Part shown: positions 1-17,230 of the stretch, in pieces
Layout of the letters: every line of letters starts with the position of its first letter
Numbering within the stretch: position 1 is the first letter of the stretch
Assembly: GCF_009914755.1 (NCBI RefSeq)
Contig: NC_060927.1
From: the human T2T-CHM13v2.0 reference genome, Homo sapiens
Strand: one strand, 5' to 3'
DNA: 64,000 nt
Notes under the pieces: generated by a model
The model's database searches: none
Seen by the model: only the letters and a program-made list of their open reading frames with translations
What the model was told of the DNA's origin: nothing
Translations under genes and position numbers: made by a program

Positions 1-538
1 TTCCATAGCCACTGAATACACCTCTATTCCTCAAAACCATCTCACAAGTCCATGGTATCAGTCATAAGGGAAAGAAAATGAGCTTATGAGTTACATAGGT
101 ATGTATATGTGTCTACAAACACACACATGCATGTGTATGTACACAAACCCTCAATCCATTATTCCTAGAAAGCTGACCTATCCTGCTGAGGGGGAACTGG
201 AGAGCCACCTCAGGACATGAAAAGCTGCAAACTACTTGGCCAACCTAGGATGTGCCTAAGGCAAATGCTCTCCTTGGTCAGGAGTGGTTTCCCAACTAAT
301 GCTTGCTAAGTCTTTGCTTAGTAGTAGGCCTCTCCTTCCTTCCCTGAAGATTTTGATCAAATTCTCTGTTCTTGACATTGGTCACCCAAAGATGACTCTT
401 CAGAAGACACTCTCTATAGAATTATACATTCTTTTAAATAAGTAAAGACACAATAGAGGAAGATAAGAAAGAAGAGAATGAAAGGGAAGCATGAAATGGA
501 GTAGGGCTGCTCAAGACACAGGAAAACAGATCCTCTAC

Positions 539-705
539 CTGCAAAGCCAGCCGTACAATACCGGAGGTATAGGTCAGCATGCTGTGCAAAATATCAAGCA
601 GGGAAAAGAGCAGTGGAGCTGCCATCTCATTGTTGTTTTTATTGTCCACATCCAAGCACAGTGTGGCAGTTTCAGTGAGCAGGTTACAGATGTGACTGAC
701 AAGTC
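539..705 (-). CDS. ULK4: Internal coding exon (167 bp, phase 1 start, phase 0 end) of ULK4 pseudokinase, C-terminal HEAT/ARM-repeat region
   Basis: Translates (G)LVSHICNLLTETATLCLDVDNKNNNEMAAPLLFSLLDILHSMLTYTSGIVRLALQ, which I recognise as ULK4. The acceptor is TTTTTTTCTTTTCCTTTTTTACCCTCAG|GA (AG at 707-706) and the donor is CAG|GTAGAG (GT at 538-537). Confidence 0.95.
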
Positions 706-849
706 CTGAGGGTAAAAAAGGAAAAGAAAAAAACCTCATCATTAAGTACACAAATGTGTCATATGAACCAAAAAGAGAGGCATTCTGGCTCTATGTTGCA
801 TAAACCCTAAGCAATACTTAAACTATACTCTTATCAGATTCACTGAGGA

Positions 850-972
850 AAGTTGTTTAAAATGCAGGTTTCCAGGCCTCACTCCCAGAGAGTGTCTTAG
901 GAAAATACTTGTTAAAGAAGTTCCCCAAGTGATTTTGATGCAAAGGTTCCAAACCACAGCTTGAGAAACACC
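850..972. mobile_element. MER5-like (hAT-Charlie) DNA transposon relic
   Basis: Motifs AAAATGCAGGTTTCCAGGCCTCACTCCCAG, CCCCAAGTGATTTTGATGCA and TTGAGAAACAC. Confidence 0.55.
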
Positions 973-2699
973 ATCCTACATGGGCAGGCTTCACAGGGTC
1001 TGAGGACTCCCTGGCACTGAAGGAAAACAACTGTCCCCAGATTCTTGTTTGAAGGCAGTTTTCTTTAGTGCATGATCAAGGGCCACAGTGAACCCAGTGG
1101 TCTGCTCTATCTAGCAACTGGGTGGTTTCCATAATGCAGTCCACAAATGTAAGATAAATTATAAGAAATTTGAAATTTAGAAATTACCAGGTGCCATCCC
1201 TTTGTCTCTGCAAACCTCATATTAACAGTGTGGTTGGTCTTTACTGATGTTTAGTTTGATATAGTCTGTTACAATAAATACATTTTCACATTTTGGGGGT
1301 GTTATTGTTTACATTAAATTGACATTTTTATCCTATTATATAGTGTTAACCTTTGAATTGAAATACAACAAAAGTGAAATTACAACATGAAATAATGTTA
1401 TAAACCTAAATGATGAATGAGAACTTTGGAATCAGTAGAGCATAAATTCAGATGTTCTAAAAAAAAAAAAAAAGTGAATTTTCAAAGATAAATATTTTAC
1501 ACACGCAGATGGGGGAAAAGCACGGCAAGGAAGTCTGATGTGTATTAAAAGCTATATTTTACTGGACCTGCAATCTATTTGTCCCTACTCCAGATCATCA
1601 ATTGAATGGAAACTCAGCTAAGCACAGCCATGTAAGTTTTGGCACCTCTTCTATACAGTGCACCTTGTCACTTCCAGCAAAACAATCCAGTCTTCCTGAC
1701 AAATGCGAAATTATCACAAAATTATCAGATTACAAAAGTGAACTAATTTTGTCACTAAAGGCAGTGACATAGAATGACAGACGCATCAAAGTTATACCTC
1801 CTGTGGCCAAAAAAAGGCATAAGTCTCACACAACTGCTAAGATGCTTATAAAAACAAAAACAAAACTGAGTTTCAAGGCTGAAAATAAACAAACTTGAAA
1901 GTAGAATGAACTACCGTCAAAATTTCCTTATCAAATGACAAGGTCTGATAACCCATATCATCAATGATACATAGTGCAGAAAAGCAATTATTACAGCATG
2001 TGCACTGCACCACCAGGCATTCTCCTTAGAGTTACAATGCATCACCCATGTACAGGCTATGAATCAGCACTTGGCATCTGTGAGCTGTAGATAGAAGGGC
2101 TTGAAAACATAGTATTTGGTAAACATACGCTGCAAGACAACAGGTTTTTCATTTGGGGGTTCCTGATGACTTTGTGACATGTCACACAGATGGTCAAAGG
2201 TAAAAGGGGTAAGTACTGGTGGAGTCCAGCTCTGTGAGCAGCAAAGAAGGATATGGTTCTTTAGGAGGCAGAGGTGGGTCCCAGAGCACCCATCTACATA
2301 CTGCTTACTTCAGAGTAAACAGTTAGTGGGCATCAATGTTCTTCTTGAACTTCATTCAGTCTTCAAGGAAGGAGTGCAAAGAATGAATGCAATCAAATCC
2401 CTGCTGGGACAGAAAGTATTTCCAGTCTACTGTGTAAAAAACAGACAACAGATGCCAAGCTCTGATTTTACACACTGAAGTCACCAGCTCCCAAGGGAAG
2501 GTTCTCAGATAAGATTAGAAATGAAGTATGAGATAAAAATATTTCTTCACAACAGTGATAACGCCAGCAAAACCCATTAATATGATTTTAAGAAGCTGAT
2601 CTCAGCCATATTTTCAGTGTTCTTCATAGCCAGAACTTTCACTTCAGGGTCAAAATGCATGTTTTTCATGTTTAAATATTTTATTATGAAAACAAAGTC

Positions 2700-3800
2700 A
2701 TGAGACAGTTCAGCAAAATGTACCTTCATTACCCTTTTCAACAATATCAATATTGTGTCTATTTTACCTGTCTTTTGAAAAGCATTTTAAAGCAAATACC
2801 AGAACACATCTTATTTCTCCTGTAAATACTTCTGTATAACAGATAAAGACTCGTTTTTAACTACAATACCATTGCCACTTTTAAAAATCAATGTATTTTT
2901 TATATACTCAACTGTCTCAAAACTATTTTTTTACAATTAGTTTATATGAATCAGGATGCAAAGCAGCTCCATAAATTCCATTTGGTCATGGACCTTAAGT
3001 CTCCTTTAATTTCTAATAGTCCTTCCTCTACTTACAATTTTTTATGCCACTTATTTGTTGGATAAATTAGAACAGTTTTCTTGTAGATTTTCTCATGGAA
3101 CTGTTCCTATATCCCTACATGTCCTGTAAATTGGTAATTGCACCTAGAGACTTGATTTAATTCAGGTTCAATTCCTTTGGCAGTAATACCTGGGGCTGGG
3201 TTCTTTGGATTTCCTGTTGCATCTTATCTGGAAAGATATACCATTTGTCTTAGTTATGTTAAAATTGATCCATGGATTCAAGGGTTGTTATTTTGAAAAG
3301 GAAAAGCAAGATAAATGTTTATTCTTTCCTGTCGTTTACCAGTTTCAGAACAATGATTTTGGAGTGTTAGCAACCACCAAAGATAACCAAGGTGTGAAGT
3401 GGGAAGGGTAGACGAAGATAGAAACTACCAAAAGTTACTAATGCATTCATTTTGTAGCACCATTGTGAACATAATGCATTTTTAAATAATATATATTATG
3501 GGTTTCAATTGATTTCAATCACTATTCATTTGTATGCTCAATATGTCCTATCTTTGGCCACTAAGAGCTCCTTGAAAGTATCCTTGCTTCTGCTATAATA
3601 ATGTGCACTGAGTTCATATTATAGAATTCCTGCTTCTGACTGGGCATTAGACACTTCTCCAAGGAGCCCTGGTTTCATTCAATGAGAATGTGTACTTAGA
3701 GTCCATGGTCTGAGCATTCGGGGTGTTCATTGCTACTGAGTCACTGATTCAGTAAACGGAGATAGTAAGTATCTGTCTCTTTAAGAAAAATGAGTTCATA
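2700..3800 (-). mobile_element. Old L1M (L1MC/L1ME-like) fragments
   Basis: Degenerate L1M 3'-region motifs, e.g. CACTTCTCCAAGGAGCCCTGGTTTC. Confidence 0.45.
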
Positions 3801-3814
3801 CAGATATTTCTAAT

Positions 3815-5400
<1,586 letters not shown>

Positions 5401-7470
5401 ATGCAGAGTTAAGAAAAAACAGGTTGGGACAAACTAGAGAAATGCTTCAGGAAGATAAATAAAGCAGTATGTGCTGTCTTCACTGGGTTAATAGCAGAAT
5501 TTACTGAGCACTTGCTCTTTTCCTGGCACTATACTCTCACTAGAAGAAATGGGGAAGTGAGTTTCTAGGTAATTTTAAGTTAACTTTTAAGATATGCTGA
5601 GTTTGATACAACAAAGGGACATTCAAAGTGCCAACGTTCAAGGGAGATTAAGCCCTAAAAACTAGGTAACAGTTAAAACTAAAAGACAACAACAACAAAA
5701 AAGAAGCAAAAGATGATCAGAGAGAACAGAAAATTTCCCAAAGGACAGTCAAATTTAGAGAGAAACAGAGTCAAAGACTGAGGGTCGAGTAAGTCCCAAA
5801 CAGGGGCAAGGATTTACAGAGGAAATGGAGGCAAAGGTGCTAATATAATACAGTAGGAATCACGACAATGTAAAGTAATGGATATCAAGGAATAACTAGA
5901 ATTAAAAAGAAAATGGGTGTCAAGAATGTCTAGTTGGAGTCTATAGACCTCCTATAGAAGAATAGGAGGTCTTAGGTTTCCGCACGTTCCACAGAAAGTT
6001 CTATCAGCAACTATCCACAGATATGAACACTCTGATGAAATCCTCCAAAATTGGGAATAAGCCTGAGTCACCTGTGTGGTTTATGGAACTTTTCCACATG
6101 AAAAGGGTAAGATAAAAGGGTCTTATTTTGACTATACTACCTTTCCACCTCCCAGAGGTTAGCATAGTGCCACAAAGAGAGGATTCTCCAGGAACTGGGG
6201 TTTCTACAGAGGGAAGAGAACCAGAGGTGGACAACCATCTTCTCTAGCATCTTGTGGCACTTTCCAGAAAGCCCACTCCTATCTTACATCATGGGGAACA
6301 CAAGGGAAAATGCTACCACTAGACCAACTGGGATTAGGCAGAAACAAAGAAAGGAGGTGTAGTAGAAAGCCATCAGGACATAGATATGGTGTTAGCTTTG
6401 TGTACCTGTCAGCAGTAGTGCCCAATCAGTGGTACCAGCTAATAGCCCATCCAACTTGAAAAGCTGAGCTAGTCACTCCAGAAGTGATCAAAAGTTCTAC
6501 CTAGCTTAAATCTCTACACAGTCAGCCTCCAGGACCAGCCTCATACCTTGCCCCAAAGCCTCACATCCAGGGAGCAAGACGATCATCACAGCAAATTTCC
6601 ACAAAGAGCAGAGGCTCTATCTATCACACCCAGGAGTTTAAACAGCACTCAGTCAAGCTTCAAAGCTCACCTCAAGAGCCTGCCTAGACAGAGAGACAAA
6701 TCTCAACTGTGAATTTCTAATGAACATAGCAGCTGCTCCCAGCCATTCCAATTAGCATCCTGATCACAGCCCCTCCTGCAACCCTGTTCAACTACTGAAC
6801 TCAAATAGTAAAACTATCTGGCCAAAGAATATACTCCTGTGGCCCAGCCCAATGATGGGCCAACTGTATTTCCAGAGATCAACCAGTGGTCTCACTGGAT
6901 AGAAGAGCCCAGCCAGCTGCCTCATCAAAATTGAGAGCAAAGGCAGCAGCCCAGCCATCTAGAGAGCCCAAAGCAAGCTCTGCCTGCCCATGGCCATCAA
7001 AGCCGGCCCATCTACAATAAAAGCTAAATGAAAGAGTGAAGGCCTACACCTGCCAAAAAAAAAAAAAAAAAAAAAAAAACACCTTAAAAGCCTAAAAAGA
7101 TGGCTATCTCCTCAACTGCACAAACACCAATGCAAGAACACAAGAATTACAAAGAATCAGGAAATCATGATATATCCAAAAGAAACTAAGAAAGCTCCAA
7201 CAATAGACCCTAAAGAAAGGGTCAAATTTTATAAACAGAAATACTAGAGACAATACTGAACTGAAAAATACAAACAGGAAGCTTCAACATAGGCTCCCTC
7301 ACACTGAAGAATCAGTGAACTTGAAGATAGAACATCTGAAATTATCCAATCAGAGCTGCAAATAAATAAATAAGTAAATAAATAAGAGTGACAAAAGCCT
7401 ATAAGGATTATGGAATACCATTAAGAGACCTAACCTATGCATAAGAGGAATTCAAGAAGAAACAGAACAG

Positions 7471-7501
<31 letters not shown>

Positions 7502-9721
7502 AAAGTATTTTTAAAGGAACTAATGGCTGAAAACTTCTTTTAATTTAGGGATAGATGCCAACATTCAGGTAGAGGAAGCACAGAGGTCTCCAATCAAAGT
7601 AAACCAAAAGAAGAGTTCACCAGGACACATAATCAAATTATGAAAAATCAAAGATGAAGAAAATATGCTAATATGCTGACAGCAACAAGAAACACATTAC
7701 ATCCAAGGGAGTCCCAATACAATGTCAGTAGATTTCTTAACAGAATTCCTGCAGGGCAAGAGAGAGTGGGATGATTTATTCAAAGGGCTGAAGGAAAAAA
7801 TGCTGCCAAACAAGAATATTTTACCCAATAAAATTGTCTTTCCAAAATGAAAAAGAAAAACTTTCCCAGACAAACAAATGCTAACGGAATTCATCACCAC
7901 TAGGCTTGCCTTACATGATTGGCTAAAGAGAGTTAAGTTAAACAAAAAACCACTAATAACATAAAACACACAAAATCACAAAACTCAATGGTATAAGTAA
8001 TACAAAGCCATATTCAGGATACCTTAGAACTCTAATTGCGGCATGTAAAGTGGTTTTACTCCTAGTGTGAGGGTTCCAAGGAAAAAACTAATAATAATGA
8101 CTACAGCTAAAATAAACTGTTAATAAATGCATATTACAAAATGATGTAAATTCTGATATCAAAAACATAAAATGAAGGGCAATAAAACTGTAAAGCTGTA
8201 TGCAAAGTTAAGAAGTTAGCAGCTTGAAACAGACTGTTATAAGATGTTCTATGTAAGTCTCATGGTAATCACAAAATAAAAATGTATAGTAGACACACAA
8301 AACAAAAACAGGAAAGATTCAAAGCATATCACTATAGAAAACCATCAAACTGCAAAGGAAGACAAGAGAGGAAGAAAGAAGCAAAACAACCAGAAAATAA
8401 TAAAATGACAGAAGTCCTTACCTATTGATAATTACCTTGAATGTAAACAGATTAAATTCTCCAACAAAAAGACATAGAGTAATTGAATGAATTAAACAAA
8501 CAAACAACAGAACAAAAAACCACAAAACTAGACCCAACTATAAGCCGCCTACAAGATACTCACCTCACTTTTAAGGACACACACAAACTGAAAGTGAAGG
8601 AATGGAAAAAGATATTCCACGCAAAGGGAAACCAAAAGAGGGCAGAGAGACTTCTATTTATATAAAACAAAACAGACTTTAAACCAAAACTACAGAAAGC
8701 AATAAAGAAAGAAGTTATATAATGATAAAAGGGTCAGTTCAACAAGAGGATATAACAACTGTAAATATATATGCACCCAACATCAGAGCACCAAAATTAT
8801 ATAAAGCAAATACTAAAGGATCTAAATGGAGAGATAGACTGCAATACAAGAATAGTATGGGACTTATCCCACTTATAGCAATGGAAAAATCATCCAGACA
8901 GAAATTAATAAGAAAACACTGGTCTTGAACAACACTTTAGACCAATGAACTAACAGACATATGCAGAACATTCCACCTAACAGCAACAAAATATACAATC
9001 TTCTCAAGCACACATGGAACATTCTTCAGGATAGATTATACGTGAGGACAAGTCTTGACATGTCTTCACAAGTATTCACAAATTTAAGAAGACTGAAATA
9101 ATAACAAGTACCTTTACCAAATAGGATGGTATGAAACTAAAAAATCAACAACAGGAGTAATTTTGGAAAATTGACAAATACATGAAAAACAACATGTTCC
9201 TGAACAACCAATGAGTTAATAAAGAAATTAAAAGGAAAATTTAAAAAAATTGAGACAAATGAAAATGGAGATACAAAATTCTAAAACTTACAGGATACAG
9301 CAAAAGCAGTTCTGAGAAAAAAGTTTATTACAATAAGTACCTACATCAAAAAGAAAGGTCTCAAATAAACAACTTAATGTTATATCTCAAAAAAAAAAAA
9401 CAAAATGAAGAATAAGCTAAGCTCAATTTTAGCAGAAAAATTAAAAATATCAGAGCAGAAAACAATGAAATAGAACTAGAAAAGCAATACTAAAATAAAC
9501 TAAAACTTGTATTTTTGAAAAAATAAAAATTGAGAAATCTTTAGACTAAGAAAAAAAAGAGATGACTCAAATAAATAAAATCAGAAATGAAAGAGAAGAA
9601 ATTAAACAGAAATACAAAGAATCATAAGAGCTATTGTAAACAACTAAATGTCAAAAAAAATTGAATAACCGAGAAGAAAGGATGTATTCCTAAACACATA
9701 TAACCTACTAAGACTAAATCA

Positions 9722-10040
<319 letters not shown>

Positions 10041-10793
10041 AGAAAATCTGAACAGATCAACAAGAAGATTGAATAAATAGTAAAAAGTCTTCCGTCAAAG
10101 AAAAGCCCAGGACCTAATGGCTTCACTGTTGAATTCTACCAAACTTTTAAAGAAAAACTAATACCAATCCTTCACAAACTCTTCCAAAAAATCGAAGGGG
10201 AAATAATAGTTTCAAATTCTTTTTATGAGCCCAGCATTACCCTCATACCAAAGCCAGACAAGGATATCACAAGAATAAAAAACTAAAGGCCACTGTCTTT
10301 GATAAATACAGATGTAAAAATACTCAATAAAATGCTAATAAACTGAATTCCACAATATATTAAGAGGTTCATTCACTATGATCAAATGAGATTTATCTCT
10401 GGCATGCAAGGATGGTTCAACATATGCAAATCAATATCACATAAGAATGAAGGAAAAAAATTATATAATCAATAGATGCATAGAAATAATTTGACAAAAT
10501 TCAACATCTTTTCATGATTAAAAACTCTCAACAAATCAATGTACCTCAACATAATAAAGGACATAGATGATAAGCATAGGTAACATTACATTCAATGATG
10601 AAAAAATAAAACATTTTCCTCTAAGATCCAGAGGAACACAAGGATGCCCACTCTTGCCACTTATATTGAACACAGTATTAGAAGACTTTACCAGAGTAAT
10701 TAGGCAAGAGAAAAAAAGAAAAGGCATCCATAAAGGAAAAAGTAGAATTGTTGCTGTTTGTCAACAATATGATCTTGTATGTGGAAAACGCTA

Positions 10794-11157
<364 letters not shown>

Positions 11158-13317
11158 TTAAATTTAACAAACTTTCTGAAAAAAAAGTCATTTACAATAG
11201 TTGTAAAAAAATACTTATGAATAAATTTAAGATGGTGAAATAACTGTACCCTGAAAACTATAGAAAATTAAAAAGAAAAAGAAAAGAAATTAACAAAGAC
11301 ATGGATAAATGGAAAGATATCCCATGTTCATGGATTGGAGGAATTAATATTGTTAAAATGTCCGTTCTGCCTAAAGCAATCTACAGATTCAATGCAGCAA
11401 TCCCTAATAAAATTTCAATAGCATTTTTCATAAAAATAGGCAAAACAATTGTAAAATTCAAATGGAACCACAAAATAAATTCATATGGAGCCCTCAAATG
11501 GCCAAGGCAATATTGAACAAAAAGAACGAAGCTAGAGACGTCACACTTCCTGATTTCAAACTATACTACAAAGCAATAGTAACTTAAAAAGCATGGTACT
11601 GGCATAAAAATAGACACATTGACCAGTAGAAAAGAATAGAGAGCCCAGAAATGAAACACATGTGTAGCCAATTGACTCTTGACAAAGGTATCAAGAACAT
11701 ATAATAGGGAAACGACTGTCTCTTCAGTAAATGGTGCTAGGTAAATCAGACATCCATATGTAGAAGACTAAAACTGGACCCTTATCCTCACCCTACATAC
11801 AAAAATCAGTTCAAAATGGATTAAAGACTCAGACATAAGACCTGACACTGAAAAACCACTAGAAGAAAACACAGAGGGGAAAAAACACAAGACACTATTC
11901 TGGGCAGTAACTTTTTAGATTTGACCTCAAAAGTGCAGGCAACAAAAGCAAAAACAGACAGATACATCCAAATATAAAGTTTCTGCACAACACACTCTGC
12001 AAAATAACAGAGTAAAGAGACAAGCTACAGACTGAGAGAAAATATGTGCAAGCCATACATATGATAAGGGGTTAATATACAAAATATATATGGAACTCAA
12101 CAACACTACAGAAAAACATTCTGATTTAAAAACGAACAAGGAACTTGAATAGACATTTCTCAAAAGAAGACATACAAATGGCCACGAGATACATGAAAAG
12201 ATGCTCATCACCAGGGAAATAAAAATTAAAACCACAAGGAGATATCACCTTACATCTGTCAGAATGATTATTATTAAAAAAAAAAAAAGAAAACAAACAT
12301 TGGCAACAATGTGGAGGAAAGGGAACTCCTGTACACTGTTGGTGAAATGTAAATTAGTATGACTATTATGGAAAAGTATACGGAGGCTCCTTTAAAAAAT
12401 TAAAAACAGAATTACCATATGATCCAGAAATCCCACTTCTGGGTATTTACCCATAAGATTTGAAATCAACACATTGAAGAGATATCTGCACTCTCATGTG
12501 CATTGAAGCACTATTCACAGTAGACAAGTTATAGACTCAATCTAGGTGTCCATCAGCAGATAAAAGGATAAAGAAAATGTGGTACATACACGCAATGGAA
12601 TTTTATTCAGCCTTAAAAAAGAAAAAATTCTGTCATTTGTGACAACATGGATGGACGTGGAAAGCATTATGCTATGTGAAATAAACCAGACACGGGAAGA
12701 CAAATACCACATGTTCTCATATACATAACATCTAAAACAATAAAATACAAAGAAGCAGAGAGTAGAATGGTGGATACCAGAGACTGAGAAGGTGGGCAGA
12801 ATGTGGAGATGATGGTCAAAAGGTACAAAATCTCAATTAGACAGAAGAAATAAGATTTTTTTCTTTGACATATAATGCACAGCATGGTGAATATAGTAAT
12901 AATGTATACTTCAAAATCACTAAGAGTATACATTTCAAACATTCTCACCACAAAAAAATAAGTATTTGAGATCATGAACATTTTAACTGCTTGATTTAAT
13001 TATTCCACATTATATTCATAAATTACAATATCACTTTGTACCCCATAAATATACAACTATAATTTGTCAGTTACAATTTAAAAAATAAAAATTAAAAAAA
13101 GAACGTTAAACTGAGACAATTCAAAACCTGAGAAAAGTTCACTGATTTGACAATTTCCAGGCCACTGATAACTATCATTAGTAAAATTTACTAGGTACTG
13201 TGGACTGAAGTCAGACTTCAAGCTACCAGATCTTCCATGTTGCATTTTCCCACATACCATGTAAGTGTAGACATATTTGCTTCCCTACTGTTTCAGAATT
13301 TGCCCAAAGAAGAAGTT

Positions 13318-13557
13318 AGGAAACAGGAAGGGAGGAGAGAAGGAGGGAAGAAAAGAGGAAGGGAAGGAGTGAGGGAAGGAGCGAAGGAAGGAGGGAGAAG
13401 GGAGGAAAGGATGGAGGGAAAGAGGGAGGGAGGCATGGGAGGGCAGGAGAGAAGGAGGGAAAAAGGGAGGGAGGCATGGGAGGGCAGGAGAGGAGGGAAA
13501 AAGGAAGGAAGGGAGGGAGGGAGGGAAAGGAGGAGGGAGGGAGGGCAAGCAGGAAGG
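13318..13557. repeat. Purine-rich (GGAA/GGAG)n low-complexity tract
   Basis: About 240 bp that is almost entirely A/G on the plus strand. Confidence 0.95.
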
Positions 13558-16500
13558 CTTAAACCTGGGTTTGCATAGGGCTGACACCACCAGTGGTCCA
13601 TAACCCCTAAGGGTACAAAGAGAGAGGGAGCAACCGCTGTTAGTCTCCCACCTTACCTAGTGGGAATTGAAAATTAGACTACTAATGTTGGTGAAGCTCT
13701 GTAAACAGGCTAATACATGATGCATTTTACTAAGTGAAGAAATAAATCTAAAAAGAAACAAAGCAAGTCAAGGTAGAAACTTTTGGTATGGAGGGGAGAA
13801 AAATTAACACTCCCCTATCTCCCTACTTTTATTCTTCTCCACAGACAGCCATGATCAAGACAAGATATTCCACCTCCAAAGAGATGCAGGGAAGTTCAAG
13901 GATATTGCCAAGGCTGTGTTCTCCAGAGTTAAGACTTTCCAAGAGATCAAAATGTCAGTGGAGATGGGTGTGTGGCTCTTTCTGTCTTCATCTTCCACGA
14001 AGAAGGCTTGTAACAATATGGCATAGCCAGAGGCCTGACCCCTGGGAAACATTAAGCCATTCCTTTTTTTTTTATTTTTTCCTCTCTTTTCTCTCCCTCT
14101 CTCTCATCTAGACTCAGTCTAAGGTGTAGTAGTTACCTGTGGCTTAGATCAGCTCTGCTTTGGACTACTGGGCAAATGCATAGCCCTTTTTTTAATTATT
14201 ATTATTTTTATGACTCTTGCCTCTTCTACTGGTTCTAGCTGATACACATCTACTTGAAAGAGTGAGGGAAGCTTTCTTACATGAAAATATTAACATCCGA
14301 GACTGAAGTTTAAACACTGAGATAAATATACAGGGAAAGTCAAAGCCACCTTTGTCTCCAGACTAGTAGGTAGGTATAGGAAATAGAGAAACGTGTACCT
14401 CAGCATAATGAAAAGGGCTTCCGTGCTTTGCATGCCTGTTATCTCTCTCAGAGATGCTGTTGGGATGCATCTGGGATAGTGTGCTAGTACTTCCCAGTCC
14501 TCTGGTCAAATGCTACCACAACAATTTCTTAATATTCCATCCCAACATCTCTAAAAGAAGCCAACATTCATTAATTCAAAGAACCCAAGAATTATTTTGC
14601 ATTAATTATAACCAACTCCTAAAAAATCCAAGATTTATTTTGTATGAATTATAAGCAAACCCCTAAAGGAGTCTCTCCGTAAGTTATTTTCAAGTGTTTA
14701 ATGTTCTGAGAATATTAATATACATGAACTGTTCCCAACTCCAATCATTGTGTTCTTGTTATTAGTTTTTCACAATCTGTTAGAGAGCTAATATAAGAAT
14801 ATACTTTGAATTTCCAAGCTTTAGAAAGTGCTTTATATCTCATTTTTAATGATTTGAAAATACAACACTCTAAATCAAAGGTAACCTTCCTGCATAGAGG
14901 CTTTCTTCTGGCTAATTTTACATTTACATCATGCAAACATGTGGTCACTTACACTAGGGTTTGTTAAAATCAACCTAAACACACAATCTGGAAAAGAAGT
15001 ATAAAAGCATTTGTGAAATTCAATGTGGGGACATAATTCTTTCCCAAACTGATCAATGATTAACCACTAAAACCAGAAGTCACATTAAATCAGTTAAGTT
15101 AAAAAGTCTGTTTTTAAACTGAAGAACTTTGACAGTGAAAGTGGCAATGCCTGTCTTGGACATACTGACAGGTTATAAATGTAAGTATCTGTGAACTGTG
15201 GGGTCGCCATGGAGCCATGGAGCACCAAGGGCATGCAGCCTCTTCTGGCCAAAGGTTAACAAGCAACCACTCACATACGGCATGGCCCCACATGACAATG
15301 TGACCAAACATCTATGAGGTTAAACATTTCTGAATCATCTCAGTGTAAGATTTGCCTATGCTATTTTAGCCCTGTTAAGCATGGGTCTAACATGCTCACC
15401 TAGGTTGGCATAAGTGCTAATACAAGACCACATAGGTGTCTACATTGTGCTTGTCACCAGGCCAATGCCTTTCAAACCCAGCTCTACTCCTCCTCCTGCA
15501 TTTGTACTCCCAACTCTGCAGTCCCTTTGGCCTAGAGCTTTCAGTTTGGCTTCTTTACCTGAAATCCTCACCCTCATCCATGGGTCTAAGCTCCAGGGCC
15601 CATGGGAGTTTAACCTTCTCTAGTCAGGGGAAGGACATCAAACACATTTAGCTCAATGAGTATGATGAGCTAATTCACAATTCTGGGCTTTGCTGAAGTA
15701 AAGTACCCCATCAAATCCTATAATCCGAAAGAACCTGATGAATCACATGCTGAGACTTCTCAAATAAGACAGAAGCTAATGTTTCAACAAAATGTTTTCT
15801 TTCAAAAATCTGGAAAGTCTCTGTATTCAGTACATTCATTTTGAATTACTTTCCTAAGAAAATTTTGCATATTAGAGTATCTTAAACCAGCCCAGCTCCC
15901 TTCTGAGCCCACAGTGGTCTCTGGATCCTCCTATGATTAGCAAAGATTACTGTGTTGAATTATTCCAAGCATATAATTTATTCTGGTAGCCTGTCCCAAG
16001 TGAGTGCCATGCCCTTTTCTGGTTTAGGCAGAAATCCTGAATTTTTGCTGCATGGCCAAAAAGAAGTCCAAGTTACATACTTGAGAGTGAAAAGTTTCGG
16101 ATGGGATAAACTCAATTATAAAATCCCTGAAAGGAGAAGTTTAACCCTTGAGGGATTTCTGCACTGAAGATACACTCATTTTGACTACTCATAGCTCAAG
16201 TGGCTTAGGATTAATTTAAGCAAATATGCCTGGAAGGATTTTTGTGAGAATACAGAAAGTAGGAGTGGCTGGTAATTTCATACTCAAAACTTAAGATACA
16301 ATGTTACTTATGACTAATTCAAAAACTAAATTCTATTCTTAGCTCAACGTTACATAAACTTACTTTCCAATTACGTCCAGGTAATAAGATGGTTAAAGAA
16401 TGATTGATCATATATTCCAATGCCCAGGAAAGTGCTGGGAAGAGAATAGAGTGGAGATGCAGAGAAGAAAATCCTCTTGGGGTGGGGGTGATCCCTCATC

Positions 16501-16729
16501 AGCAGCACAGCCTGGGGTCTATCCCCAAAAACCTGAAAGCTTTATCAATTCAATTCCAACTTTAATTCAGCACTTGCTGAATTATAAGGGATTTTTGCAA
16601 GCCGGGCAATGAACTGGAGAACAACCTTTAGAGCCCTACACCTCAGAAAATCTTCAGCCCTTCTCCTTTTTCCTCCCCTGTCATCTACTTCTGAGATGGT
16701 AAGTAAACATTCGGGAGAAAATCAGCATC

Positions 16730-17230
16730 ACTCTTTCACTCACTGGTTCATTTGCAATACGCTAAGCATTTATAATGTAAATTTTACAATGCCAGACTGA
16801 AGGAATTACAAAAAAAGTAAGGAATAGTCCCTTCCCTTCACAGCCCATATAAATATATTGGAATATGAACTGGATCACAGGATAAAGCACCAGTTGGTGC
16901 TGTTGGTCGGAGAAGATGATGATCAACGGGAAGGCAGGGAAAGTTATTGTGGGGAAGGAGAGACTTGAAGTGGACTTTGCAGATCATCTGGATTTGGACA
17001 GGTAGAATGGAGGAAGAAAGGCAAGACAGGCTTGGTCAGTAAACAATGAGAAAGACTTGCAGGTGGGATTTGAACATGCTGTATTCAGGCAATTGTGGGA
17101 AGGCTAGAAGCTAGGGCCTGTGAAAAACAGCAGAGACAGGTAGGGCAGAAGAGTAGAGAGACGTGGCATGCAGATTCCTAAAACTCCTAAAGGACAGGAG
17201 ACACTAGATTTTATCCTGTAGGCAATACAA
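16730..17230 (-). mobile_element. L2 fragment
   Basis: L2-type 3' motifs (CACTCACTGGTTCATTTGCAATACGCTAAGCATTTATAATG) and TTTTATCCTGTAGGCAAT. Confidence 0.5.

Noticed and set aside
434-751. 105-aa ORF as a standalone gene
   Set aside because: Only 539-705 is exon; the rest is read-through into the polypyrimidine tract and past the donor site.
13237-13601. Three ORFs of more than 100 aa
   Set aside because: Artefacts of the low-complexity purine tract, which lacks stop codons.
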